Positions 12,833 through 23,900 of a DNA stretch of 64,000 bases are shown one piece after another. Both the position numbers and the translations under genes were made by a program. The stretch spans positions 1 through 64,000 of the forward strand of contig NW_013657648.1 of the NCBI RefSeq assembly GCF_000142905.1, written 5' to 3'. Numbering within the stretch: position 1 is the first letter of the stretch; each line of letters begins with the position of its first letter. Under the pieces are notes generated by a model. That model made no database searches. It saw nothing but the letters and a program-made list of their open reading frames with translations, and had not been told where the DNA came from. The stretch comes from Thecamonas trahens ATCC 50062 (lineage: Eukaryota > Protista > Apusomonadida).

Positions 12833-13325
12833 TTTCCCTCCGCAAACAGAGGAGGAAACTCGCAGCATCCTGGCCGAATCCGGCGGCCACCGGACAGCCG
12901 CCGAAACTGGCTCAACGCCCCTTGATCGCATGCCACACATCCATGCCGCCGCAAGTTGCAAGGCCATCTCAGACATGAGCACTATCGGAGCTCTAACCCT
13001 TGAAGATGCGAACCACCGTGCGCGCTTCAAGCAAGTTGGCCCTCGGCCACCCATCATCAGCAACATCCATGGTATCCATGATCACACGCATGATTGGGTG
13101 CCTGCCATGCACATGCAAGTCATGGCCGCTCCCCCGTGCTTCCCCCCTATCGCCAACTCGGCATATTTTGCTTCGGTTCCTGCCACGAACGCCACGTCGA
13201 CTCGCTGACGTCGGCCCGCCAGCTACATCGCCGCCAGTCGACAGCCGGCCGGCCGTCAGTTGAGCAGTGCGCCGGCTGGGACAGCTCAGAGGCACCTCTC
13301 GCTACAGCGGCATACTGGCGACCCC

Positions 13326-16300
13326 ATGGTCCGATTCGTCACGGAGCACTACGCCGGTAAAGGCGTGCTGCTCACGGGCGCAACGGGCTTCATTGGCAAG
13401 GTCATGCTCGAGAAGCTCCTTCGTGAAGTCCCGGACCTGGCCTCGATCGACGTCCTCATCCGCGGACGTGGAGCCAGCGCACCTGCTGCCGCCCGGCTGG
13501 AGACCGAAGTCCGCGACTCGCCTGCCTTTGACTTGCTTCGTGCCCTCTGGCCGCCACCGTATGGGCTGGACAGAGAGCTTGTGGCTCCGGCTAGAGCTGG
13601 TCTCGTTGCTCCGGATGTGGCCGCACACCTCACCGCTACCTACCCCTCCTTCAACGCTTACTTTGCCGCCAAAGTCCGGCCGCTCGCCGGCGATCTCACC
13701 CTCGATCGCCTGGGGCTAGACGACGCGACGGTGACGCGTCTCCTTGCCGACGTCCACGTTGTGCTCTCAGTCGCGGCTTCGGTTGCGTTTGACAACCCGC
13801 TGCCCGAGGCCATTGCGCTCAACATCCGCGGCCAGCTCGCCCTCTTTGACATCATGATGGCCTCGAACATCCTCGTCTCGTTCACACACATCTCAACCGC
13901 GTACGTTGGCTCCAACCGCGACGACGGGCTTGTTCCAGAGGGTGTACTTCCGCTCCCGGCGGGAATGGTCGCCGATCCAGAGGTCGAGTATGCTAACCTC
14001 ATCGCCACCCCGCCCGACGAGCTCATTGCCCGCCAGGCCACCATCATCGGCAAGTATCCGAACACCTACACCTACACCAAAGCGCTGGCCGAGCGCCTGC
14101 TCCACGCGCGTCTTCTCGCCGCCGCCGCGCACCGCAACGTTCTCCTCGTCACCATCCGGCCCACCATTGTCGGTGCGGCCTACGCCGAGCCGTTCCCCGG
14201 CTGGGTCGACGCCGTCTCGGCCGGTGGCGCTCTCTACCTCTTTGCTGGTGTTGGCGTTCTCCAGTTTGGCAACGGTGATGCGAGCCTCATCGGCGACCAG
14301 ATCCCGGTCGACTACGTCTCTAACTTTGTGCTCACCGCCGCGCCGACACTGCTCGCCACCGGCGCCGCGGTCGTACCCGCGACTGGCGCCGGCCATCCTG
14401 CGCAAGAGTTCATCTTTCACTCGGGCTCGTCGGCCCTCAACCCCGTGACGTGGAAGACCACCGGCGAGGCTGTCATCTCGTACTGGAACGAGAACGCGCC
14501 CGACGCCGGCTTCCGCCCCGCCGAGTTCCTCTTTCACTCACGGCTTGTCGCCGACTTTCGCCGCTTAGTCTCGTATGCCACCCCTGCCGCGATTGCCTCG
14601 CTCTATGCACACATCGTCCCGATCAAGGCCAACACCAAGGCTGCCTTGCAAGCGCGCGGACTATCCTCCCAGGCCTCGTTCCTCATCTCGGCTTTTCGCC
14701 GATTCATGACCCACGAGTGGATCTTCGACATGACTCACTCGGACGCGCTGCTTCTCGCCCCGCTGGCAGCCGCTGACACTGCGCAGACGTGGCGCGTCGA
14801 CGTCCGCGACCTCCACTGGCCGACTTTTATATCTCAGTTTGCGTACGGCCTCCATCGGTTTGTGCTCGGCGAGCCGGTTCGCCTCGCCTCGCCACCTGCC
14901 TACCGCCCGCACTCGGTCCTTGACGAAGCCATCCTCTCAACCCGTGCCGGCCATGCGCTCGACACCGCGGCATGGGCCGCGTCGGCGCCGCTGTCCATCT
15001 CGCACGCCGGCGACGGCGTCCCCGTCTCGGCGTCGGACGTTCGCCACGTCGTCCTCGCCTCGCCGCGCCTCCGCGCCACTCTCCGCAGCCTCGCCTCGTC
15101 CAAAGCCCACTACCGCAAGCTCAAAGCTGCAGCCCGTGCCGAGCTCGATCGCATGGCGGCCGACATGGCGCCGTCGGCCATGCGATTTGCTGCCTGGCTC
15201 CTTCGCCTCCTCTGCACCCGGCTCTACGCCACGGTCTCGTTCAACTCCTGGGGCGCCGAAAAGGTCCTCGGCCTGGTCGCCTCATCGGCCGCGGACCTGG
15301 GTATTGTCTACGTCCCGAGCCACCGGTCGTACCTCGACTTTATCCTCCTCTCCTACCTGTGCTTCCAGCTTGGCCTCCCCGTCCCGCACGTGGCGGCGAC
15401 TGGTGACTTCCTCTCGACGCCCATGATCTCAGGCCTAATGCGAGCTGCCGGTGCGTTCTTTATCCGGCGCTCCGGCAAAACGTCGGACCCAGTCTACCGC
15501 GCCGTTCTCGCCGAGTATATGGCGAGCGTCATCAACCACGGCGCCGCGCTCGAGTTCTTTGTCGAGGGCACCCGCTCACGGACCGGAAAATCGCTCCCGC
15601 CGCGCCTCGGCCTTCTGACCCAGCTTGCCCAACTGCAGGCCTGCGGCGCGCTCAACAGGTCGCTTGTCTTCGTCCCGGTCTCGATTGCCTTTGAACGACT
15701 CATCGAAGCTCCGCTCTACGGCCGCGAGCTGGATGGCCAGCCCAAGACGCCCGAGACGTTTCTGGGCGCCCTCGCCGGCGTCCGCGCCATCCTCAACAAC
15801 GACTACGGCCGGGTGGCTGTTGAGTTTGGCGAGCCGCTCCACCTCGCTGACGCGCTGCCGCTCGGCGCCGAGTCGTGTGAGGACGAGCTTCGTGCCGGTG
15901 TCGCCGCATTTGCCACCCGCATCTCGCACCGGCTCGACGCTGGCATGACTCTCTTCCCGACACACCTCCTCGCCGCTTCGCTGTTGGCTGCCCCTGGGCC
16001 AGTCGCTGTCAACGACCTAGTCTCTGCCACCGACGCCCTTCGGGCCGCCGTCGAGCTGCGGACAGGCGCAAGCTTGCGGCGAGCCGACATGCTCCCGATT
16101 GTGGCGTCGGGCTCAATCACCCGGGCGGCTAAGCTACTCGCCCCGTTTGTGGTCTCGTGCGAAACCACCGCGCGGCTGGCACCGGCCGACCCGCAAGCGC
16201 GACTTGTCCTTGCCACCTACAAGAACTCGCTGCTCCGTGTATTCGCTCTGGACGCAGTTGTTGCTCTCGCGATGCGCGGTGGGCTGGTCCGGCGGGCGCT

Positions 16301-16882
16301 GGCAGCGCGGGCTGTCCGTCTTGCCGCCATCCTGGGTGCCGAGCTCCTCCTCGCCAATCACGTCCCGGCGCCGGAGAACCTCGCCGACGAGCACTGGCTC
16401 GACGACTACGTGGCAACCGAGTTTGTGGGCCTTGTGGCGCGGCTCGCCGTCTTTTCGCCGCTAACCCTGGGCTACATCGATGGCTCGCCCGGCCCGCTGC
16501 CGAGTGCCGAGCCGCTGGCCGCCCTCGTCGCCCCATCGCCGCTGGCTACTGCGCCATGGTCGGAGCCGTGCTGGCATTGGCCTCGCCGCACTCGGTCAAC
16601 CCGGCAAAGGCCCGGACAGTTGGCAGTCGGGCAGCCGTCATGGACCGCGCCCGCGCGCTTGCAGCGCTTGGAGACCGCTACGAGTCGCGATCCACTGAGA
16701 CGCTCAAGGCCGCCCTGGCATGGCTCATCAAGGCCGGTCTCGTAGTGCCTAGCATCCGCAAGTCTGGGCGCGAGGCGCTGAGCCTCGCGCGCGGCGCCCG
16801 CGACATCCTCGAAGATACACACGCTCTTCTCGCCGACTTGACCACTGCCCGTGGCGGCGCGGCGCAGCTCTCCAAGCTGTAG
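13326..16882 (+). CDS. Bifunctional fatty acyl-CoA reductase / DHAP(G3P) acyltransferase (FARAT-type), peroxisomal; frameshift at ~16533
   Basis: FAR motifs TGATGFIGK, HISTAY, YPNTYTYTKALAE, RPTIV, EPFPGW and IPVDYV are followed by acyltransferase motifs PSHRSYLD, GAFFIRR and FFVEGTRSRTG. One extra C at 16531-16534 restores the frame, ending QLSKL* (PTS1). Confidence 0.92.
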
Positions 16883-16886
16883 CTGA

Positions 16887-17624
16887 TTAGCGGTTGCGGG
16901 CTGGCATGGCGCTGCACCCGCCGGACGAACCACAATCGCAGTAAAAGGTCGACGTCCGCGGTGGCGAGAGCTCATGGCCGGCGTGGCAGACCTCGGCGCA
17001 CGCCGCACACACGCCGCACGAGTCAACCATGCCGCATGTCGCGCAGTTGTACCAGGCCTGGACCACAAACTGGCGACCAGTCGTTGCGAACGAGCACTGC
17101 AGTTGCGGCGTCGCCATCTGGCCCTCGCGCATGGCGATGATGTAGTTTGTGGCGGCCGTGACATCGCCGCCGACCGCCGCCACCGCTGCAGCAGCCTCGG
17201 ACTCGGAAAAGCCCATGTCGACCAGCATCGCCACGCCCGAGGCACTCCCTGCGGCGGCAACTTGCTCGGCAGAGCTGGCCGCCGGCGGCGCCGCTGGCTC
17301 CGGCCCCGCCGATCGTCTCGGCCCCGCGTTGGCATCATCGAGCGGCGAAAGGAGGAGCATACGGATGGAGAGCAAGTTCTCGCAGCGAGTGCTCCCCACC
17401 GCAGCCTCGAGCGCGTCGCGCGTGAGGACCGTGTCGTCGGCGAGCGCCTTGCCGCCAAGCACAAGGACCATGCCGTCGAGAGGGACGCCAAACAGAGCGT
17501 GCATGTGCTCCTTGAGCGCCTCTATGGGCAGCGCGGTGAGGATCTCGAGCTCGAGCTCCACCACCTCTGTCTCGCGAAAGGCAAAGTGGACGTCAATCCG
17601 GCAGAGCGTCGGTGGCGTGGCCAT
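16887..17624 (-). CDS. Ubiquitin-like + UBA + UBR-box zinc finger protein
   Basis: UBL (IEALKEHM..LFGVP...LVLGGKALADD), UBA (LVDMGF..SEA..A....GGDVTAATNYI) and zf-UBR (CSF...G....Q.WYNCATC......VC..CA..CH.GH...FYCDCG). Confidence 0.88.
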   Translation of the reverse strand: MATPPTLCRIDVHFAFRETEVVELELEILTALPIEALKEHMHALFGVPLDGMVLVLGGKALADDTVLTRDALEAAVGSTRCENLLSIRMLLLSPLDDANAGPRRSAGPEPAAPPAASSAEQVAAAGSASGVAMLVDMGFSESEAAAAVAAVGGDVTAATNYIIAMREGQMATPQLQCSFATTGRQFVVQAWYNCATCGMVDSCGVCAACAEVCHAGHELSPPRTSTFYCDCGSSGGCSAMPARNR

Positions 17625-17969
17625 GTCGGCCGAGGTCGAGTGTGCGGCAGTCGCTCAGCAGCTGGCCGGCTCGGCTGGCTGGAGCTGGAGCGAGCCGCGG
17701 CGAACTGCGACAGCGCGGGTGGGGGGTGGTCAATACAAATTTGGCGGGGTGGCGACCGTTGTCATCCTCCTCACCCCAGCACAATGGGCCAGCGACAGCC
17801 ATGGTCATCGGTTTTCGAGCATCTAAAACAAGCTCAGCGGCTACCCACCTCGCCCGATGCCGTAATACCAGGGTTGGGTGGGCTCAGGTGCAGAGTGACT
17901 CGCGTGATGGGAGCGGCGCACACGTGAGCTTGGAGAGGCGCGTCGAGCAAAGCCACGTGTTCTCTCGTC

Positions 17970-19744
17970 ATGAGCCGTGTGAGGGGCGCGGAGCAGCACT
18001 CGGCAACGTACTACTTCCTCATCGACTATGTGTTCCCCTCGCTGTGGTATGGGACCAACATAGCGATCATTTACATGTCGTTCAAGTACTTTGCCCTTGT
18101 CTTTGGCTCGCTCGGCCTTCTCCTCACCATCATCGCCGTCTCGGCCACGTACGTCCCATAGCTGCCCGACCCGAATTTGCGGCGAGCACATCCGCGCACA
18201 TCCCACGCCTACCCCCGAGCGGACATGTTCCCCCCCTCTAGCGCGAGCTATACCTTGTGCATACCACCAGCAACAGCCTCAGTCACTTGAGCAAGTACCA
18301 CACCTGCCTCATGGCGTGCTGGTGGTGATGGTCGATCCGTAGCGGGCGCAGACGAGGCAGGCGCCGTGGTGGTTACAATTTCCTTCCCGACTCCCTCCCT
18401 GCCCAACGCCAAACTCACAGCGACAGCGAGAAACGTTGGCATGCACGCATGGATGGATGGACGACGTATTGGGGGATGGATAACAGGGCGGGGCTGGGAT
18501 GGCTTGTGGAGAGCGGAAATGTAGGTGCGGCTCTGATGGCGCCAGCGTTTGTCTGTGAGCCGGGCGACTGGGAGCGGTTGGCTGGCGGTGGCGGCGGCGG
18601 AGACGGACGGACCGGGAACAAGGCGTCGACCTCGCTGACGCGGAGCGAGTCAATGAGCGCATCGCTGGGCGATGACGACAGCCTGCCGGGCATTTCTGTC
18701 CTCAAGCCGCTCTGCGGCGTCGACTCGATGCTGGAGACGAACCTGGAAACGTTTTTCCAGCTCGAGTACCCAGAGGCCAAGTTTGAGCTTGTGTTCTCGG
18801 TGACTGAAGCGACGGATCCTGCCCTCGAGGTGGTGCGGAGCCTGATGGTCAAGTACCCCAAAGTACATGCGAGCATTGTGGTGGCAGACCCGCAAGTGGG
18901 GTACAATCCCAAGCTCAACAACCTCATCGTGCCGTTTGACCGTGCTGAGTTTGACCTCTGCCTCTGCTCAGACTCGAACGTGTACGCCGAGCCTGATCTG
19001 CTGACGCTGTTTGCGAGCGAGTTTGACGACGACGTCGGGTTTTTGCACCAGATGCCTGTGGTGAGCAAGCCCGGCTCGTGGGGCGCATGGCTTGAGTACA
19101 CGTACGTCAACGCGACGATTCTCCCCATGTTCATTGTGGGCACGCTCACGCCTTTCCCGTGCGTGTGGGGCAAGTCATTTGCCATCCGGCGGTCGGACGT
19201 CAACTCGCCGCACATTGGCGGCCTCGCTTCGTTCGGCAACTGCATTGCCGAGGATCTGGCCATTTCGACGGCCATGCACGCCATGCGGCTGCGGGTCAAG
19301 CTGATGCGGCGGACGGTGGTGCAGCGGCTCGGCGTATGGTCGTTTACCCAGTTCTGGGAGCGGTCAACCCGGTGGCTCAAGTACCGCAAGGCCATGGGCG
19401 TGGTCATGGGCGGCTTTACCCTCGAGTGGGTCTTCTACGGGCCGGTCATTGCCCTCTTTGCCGGCCTCTCGTGGGCGTGGCTGATGGGCGGCTCGTTTGT
19501 GCTGCCGGCACTCAGTGCCTTTGCGCTCCTCGGCCTCCTCGCCTACGCCTTTGTCCGCCACATCGACAACACGCTGGCCGGCCCGCCGTCGCCGCTCCGG
19601 TTTGCCGCCTCGTGGATCGCCGTCCAGGCTCTTCTCATCCCCATGTGGATCACGGTTATGCTCTCGCGGCGCGACTTGCAGTGGCGCGGCAAGGCCATTA
19701 CTCTCGCACCCAACTCGCATCTCCCGGTCAAGAAGGAGCGATAA
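17970..19744 (+). CDS. UGCG: Ceramide glucosyltransferase (GT21/UGCG-like); 5' exons approximate
   Basis: Motifs ISVLKPLCGVD, NPKLNNL, DSN, AEDL and RxxRW (RSTRW), plus C-terminal TM helices and WRG. An upstream hydrophobic exon (~17998-18147) and a basic exon (~18343-18433) can be spliced in frame via GT-AG introns to supply the N-terminal anchor. The true start is not resolved. Confidence 0.85.
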
Positions 19745-19810
19745 ACCTGAAATCGTGGCTGGCCTCGCGACCACCTTGGCTAGCCGGCCCGCCGCCTGCA
19801 CAGCGCTCGA

Positions 19811-20208
19811 TCATGCACGGAACGCCCACTCTCTGCGACACATCGGACAGTGGGCCGCCGACTGGGCCGCCTGCCTCGCCTGGACCCACTTGATGATGCA
19901 GTGCATGTGGAACGAGTGGTTACATTGACCCCAGACTATACTCCATGCCCATACCCGTACATGTACCCACGCTTGCATGTGTGAGTGTTTGCCCTTTCCC
20001 TTCCCTCCCTCCCTCCCTCCCTCCCTCCCTCCCTCCCCCCACCTCCCGCCTTGGCGCCAAACATACTCAGCGGACAGTCGTCGCCCGGCAGCTTGCAATC
20101 GGGACAGCAGCCATTGAAGGCCATACGGCAGATACCACATGTGTCCTCGGGATCGTCAGTCCATGACCATGACGCAACCGCATGCCACTGCTTTACCTTG
20201 ACCTTCAT
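19811..20208 (-). CDS. APC11: Anaphase-promoting complex subunit 11 (RING-H2)
   Basis: MKVKVKQWHAVASWSW..CGICRMAFNGCCPDCKLPGDDCPL, intron 20066-19936 (GTATGT..TAG), then IWGQCNHSFHMHCIIKW..CPMCRREWAF. Confidence 0.96.
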
Positions 20209-20314
20209 TCCCACCACCCTCCTCTCGAGTGAGGTCTGCCCGAGCACGACCCCGAGCACAACCACAAGCACGTGGCCATCCGCAAAGCCTTGCATCTGAG
20301 CCACGTCGGACATC

Positions 20315-20595
20315 ATTCGCCGACCATGGCACTGATCCAACCACCGCCAACAACAACGCCATCCGCTGCGCCTCGCTCTGCGGCAACACTGTCAGAGTCC
20401 GCCTCCTCCTCATCCTCGCCGACCATCACGTCGATCCGTCTGCCAAAGGCAATCTCGCCTCCATGTTGAGCTCGACGACCATGGCGCTGATCCAACCACC
20501 GCCAACAACAACGCCATCCGCTGCGCCTCGCTCTGTGGCAACACCGGCGTCATCGCCCATCTCCAAGCATCAGGCTGCTCCCTCGCATTGACTTA
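20315..20595 (+). pseudogene. Ankyrin-repeat gene relic (two near-identical ~69-bp units, out of frame with each other)
   Basis: Direct repeat 20321-20389 / 20476-20544 (155-nt spacing) encoding DHG(T/A)DPTTANNNAIRCASLCGNT, followed by VRLLLILADHHVDPSA, an ankyrin-like pattern. No intact reading frame spans both units. Confidence 0.55.
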
Positions 20596-20956
20596 ACAAG
20601 GGCGCCATCTGGTTGCTTGAACATTATCATCTCTTCGAAAAATCGTCGATTGGCAGTCTGCGAACACTGGCTGCCTTGCGCCACGTGCGGCGTTGCAGCC
20701 ACCTCCTGCCGCCTCCTACACCATCCAGATCATCCCACGACAGCGTGCCCAGCCTATGTAATGGTTTACAAAGCTATGCTCCCTAACGCTGTTCCTTTGG
20801 CGTCGTTTGAGACGTGCCTGGCGCGATATCGGCGATGACGTATACCCACGTGCGCGGGCGGGTGAGAGAGAGCAGAGCGGGAGCGAGTGAGCAGCCAACA
20901 GCAGGCCCAAGGTCACCTCACGCTGGGCCAGCCGGTGCGGGTAACCAGACCGGGTT

Positions 20957-23900
20957 ATGAACGGGGAAGAGAGTTCCGAGTACTCGCTGGTGTCCGACGA
21001 GCCGCCGGAAGTGCTTAGTCTCTCTGCAGACCGCTCAGAGAGCCCCCATGACCTCGCCCGCCATGCCCGTGACATGACCTGGGCCGAGGCGGCTGGCTCG
21101 CAGCCACCGACCGCCTCCTCGACCTCCCGTTCTGCCAAGGGCAATAGCGAGCGGTCAGAGCCAGGTACGACCACCCAAAGCTTCACCCGTCCTGGGCATG
21201 CTCCCAGCCACCCTCATGCTGCTTTGTCGGCGCTCAACTCGGCGCTGTCGTCCGCTACCCCCTACACGGCTTCAGCAGACGCCTCCGGGTCATCCAACGT
21301 CGGCCGCCTCGCTGACCACCAGTCCTCCGGCTCGTCGACGCCTCCGCCGGTCATCACTCTGGCCGAGACCTCGCCTGCGCGGGCAGTACCGGGGAGCAAG
21401 ATGCGACGGTCTCGGAGGGGCGCCGGTGCAGATGGGCTGCTCTCTGTCCACTCGGGGGGCGCCAAGCGCAAGTTTGACCCCTGGGCGAGCGCCGCCACTC
21501 CGCCGCGGTCCCATGCCTTTGATGACGACGATGACGAGTCGTACTCGCTCTCGTCTGACCTCCTTGTCTCGCCGTATAGAGAACCGTCTCCGGCTGCGCA
21601 TTTTGCTGCTTTGCGCCCGGCTGCGCTCTCCGTCGCTGGCGGCGTCCGCGCCCCGGACTCGTCATCATCGCCGCTGAGCTACTCGGCTACCCCTAGCGTC
21701 TCCAGCCCCGCAAGCGCCAAGAGCCTCGCCGCTCCTTTCGGCGCGAGTACGACCGGCGACGAAGATGATGAGTACACTATCTCCGACTCGGGCGATCCGC
21801 TTGGCGGCGGCGTCGGCCATATCTTTGACGACGACGGTTTGGGCTCCGGCTCCGACTCGGGCTCGGGCTCGGACGTCGAGCAAAAAGCGTACGGGCACTC
21901 GTTTGGCAGCTCCAACGCCGCCTACAATGACGAGATTGCCGAGTCGTCCGGCATGCGATCGGTACGCGGGCGGGTGGCGACGCCGCACCCGCGCGACGAC
22001 GGCGCGTTCTCGTTTGACACTCGGGACACTTCGAGAGCGAGCAAGCTCCTGGAAGAGGCGCGGCATCCACGGCGCGGCGATGGTGCCCGCGACGTGCCGT
22101 CGCCGGAGGACGAGCTCGACTCGGACTCGGACGACGGCCCGCCGCTAGCGGCGTCGCCGGACGTCGACCCGGGCACACTTCTCGCGCTCATCAACGCCGA
22201 CCTCGATGCCAACACCTACCGCAACTCGCAGCCGCCGGGCACGTCGTCATCGGAAGTCATCGACGACGAGGTCGACCCGGACGGGGTCCTCCGCGAAGCG
22301 CGGCGGTCGTCGACGGCGGGCAAGCGCGTGCTGTTTGGCAACAACTTTGTGCCCAAGACCCGGTGCGGCATCCTGCGTGCGCCCCGGACCCGCGCCGCGC
22401 ACGCCGTGAGGACCTGCACCTTTAAGCAGAACGTCAAGATCGAGCTCCCGGACGAGTCGTACATCCGGCTCAACTGCCTCACTTCGACCACCGTCAAGCA
22501 AGTCATCGAGCTTGTGGCCGATCAGCTCGGTATTGTCCAGCGCGAGTACCTCGGCCTCCTCGAGTACTCGGTCCAGGGTTATGAGTGCTGGCTCAAGCCC
22601 GAGTCGTCGCTCCTGCGCCAGGTCAAGTTCGTCGTGCCATCGGTCAAGTTTATGTTCAAGCTCCACCCGCGGACTATTGACGAGCTCACCGACCCGCTCG
22701 CCATCCAGCTCCTCTACCACCAGACCCGGGCCAATCTCGTCTCGGGTCTCTACGACGCCGAACTGACAAAGTCGGTGGCGCTCGAGATGACGGCTAACGC
22801 GTTCCAGGCCACCTTTGGCGACCACGTCGAAGGCCTCCACATCCCTGGCTTCCTCACCCGCCCGGTCACGCTCTCGATGTTTCTCTCGCGCCACATCCTC
22901 CGCAAGTACCGCAATAAGGTGTGGCAAAAGCGTATCTTTGCTGTCCACCAGCTCCTCCGAGGCATGAGCAAGACCGAGGCCATGACTGCCTACCTCCGCC
23001 ACGCCGCCGAGTCGATTCCCTCGTTTAGCATGGAGTATTTTCACGTTCACAACGCCACCAACAAGGCCGCCATCACCCTCTGTATCGGGCCCGAGTTCCT
23101 GGAGGTCTTCCGCAAGTCGCGCTCGCTTGGCACCCACTCGTACCGAGACATCTTCCGTGTCGTCCTCGAGTCGTGCGGTCGCGGGACCGCCAAGCGCTAC
23201 CGTATCACCTTTAAGATCGGCATTGTTAACTCGCCGGACTTGCCAGACTCGGCCATTGCGCCGTTTATGGTGACAACCGACAACACCACCGACGCCGAGC
23301 TCATTCTCGCCCTTGTCCAGTCGTACACGCTGCTGTACAAGGCACGCGCCCGCTCGGGTGGCCGCTCGCGCACGAGCTCGCGCGCCAAGCGGACTCGCTT
23401 CTCGCGGGTCGCCTCGCACGACGCCATCGCCTCGGAGCTCGGCTCGCTTTACTCAACCGTCGGCTCGGGCCCGCCACCCGCCGACGCTCGCCCNNNNNNN
23501 NNNNNNNNNNNNNNNNNNNNNNNNNNNNNNNNNNNNNNNNNNNNNNNNNNNNNNNNNNNNNNNNNNNNNNNNNNNNNNNNNNNNNNNNNNNNNNNNNNNN
23601 NNNNNNNNNNNNNNNNNNNNNNNNNNNNNNNNNNNNNNNNNNNNNNNNNNNNNNNNNNNNNNNNNNNNNNNNNNNNNNNNNNNNNNNNNNNNNNNNNNNN
23701 NNNNNNNNNNNNNNNNNNNNNNNNNNNNNNNNNNNNNNNNNNNNNNNNNNNNNNNNNNNNNNNNNNNNNNNNNNNNNNNNNNNNNNNNNNNNNNNNNNNN
23801 NNNNNNNNNNNNNNNNNNNNNNNNNNNNNNNNNNNNNNNNNNNNNNCGTCGGGCAGGGCCGACGGCGCTCCCGGGGCCGGCGCCGGCCATCTCGGCCGGT

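Noticed and set aside
20321-20544. Repeat-spacer pattern suggesting a CRISPR-like array
   Set aside because: There are only two long copies, the context is eukaryotic, there are no cas genes, and the units translate as ankyrin-like repeats.
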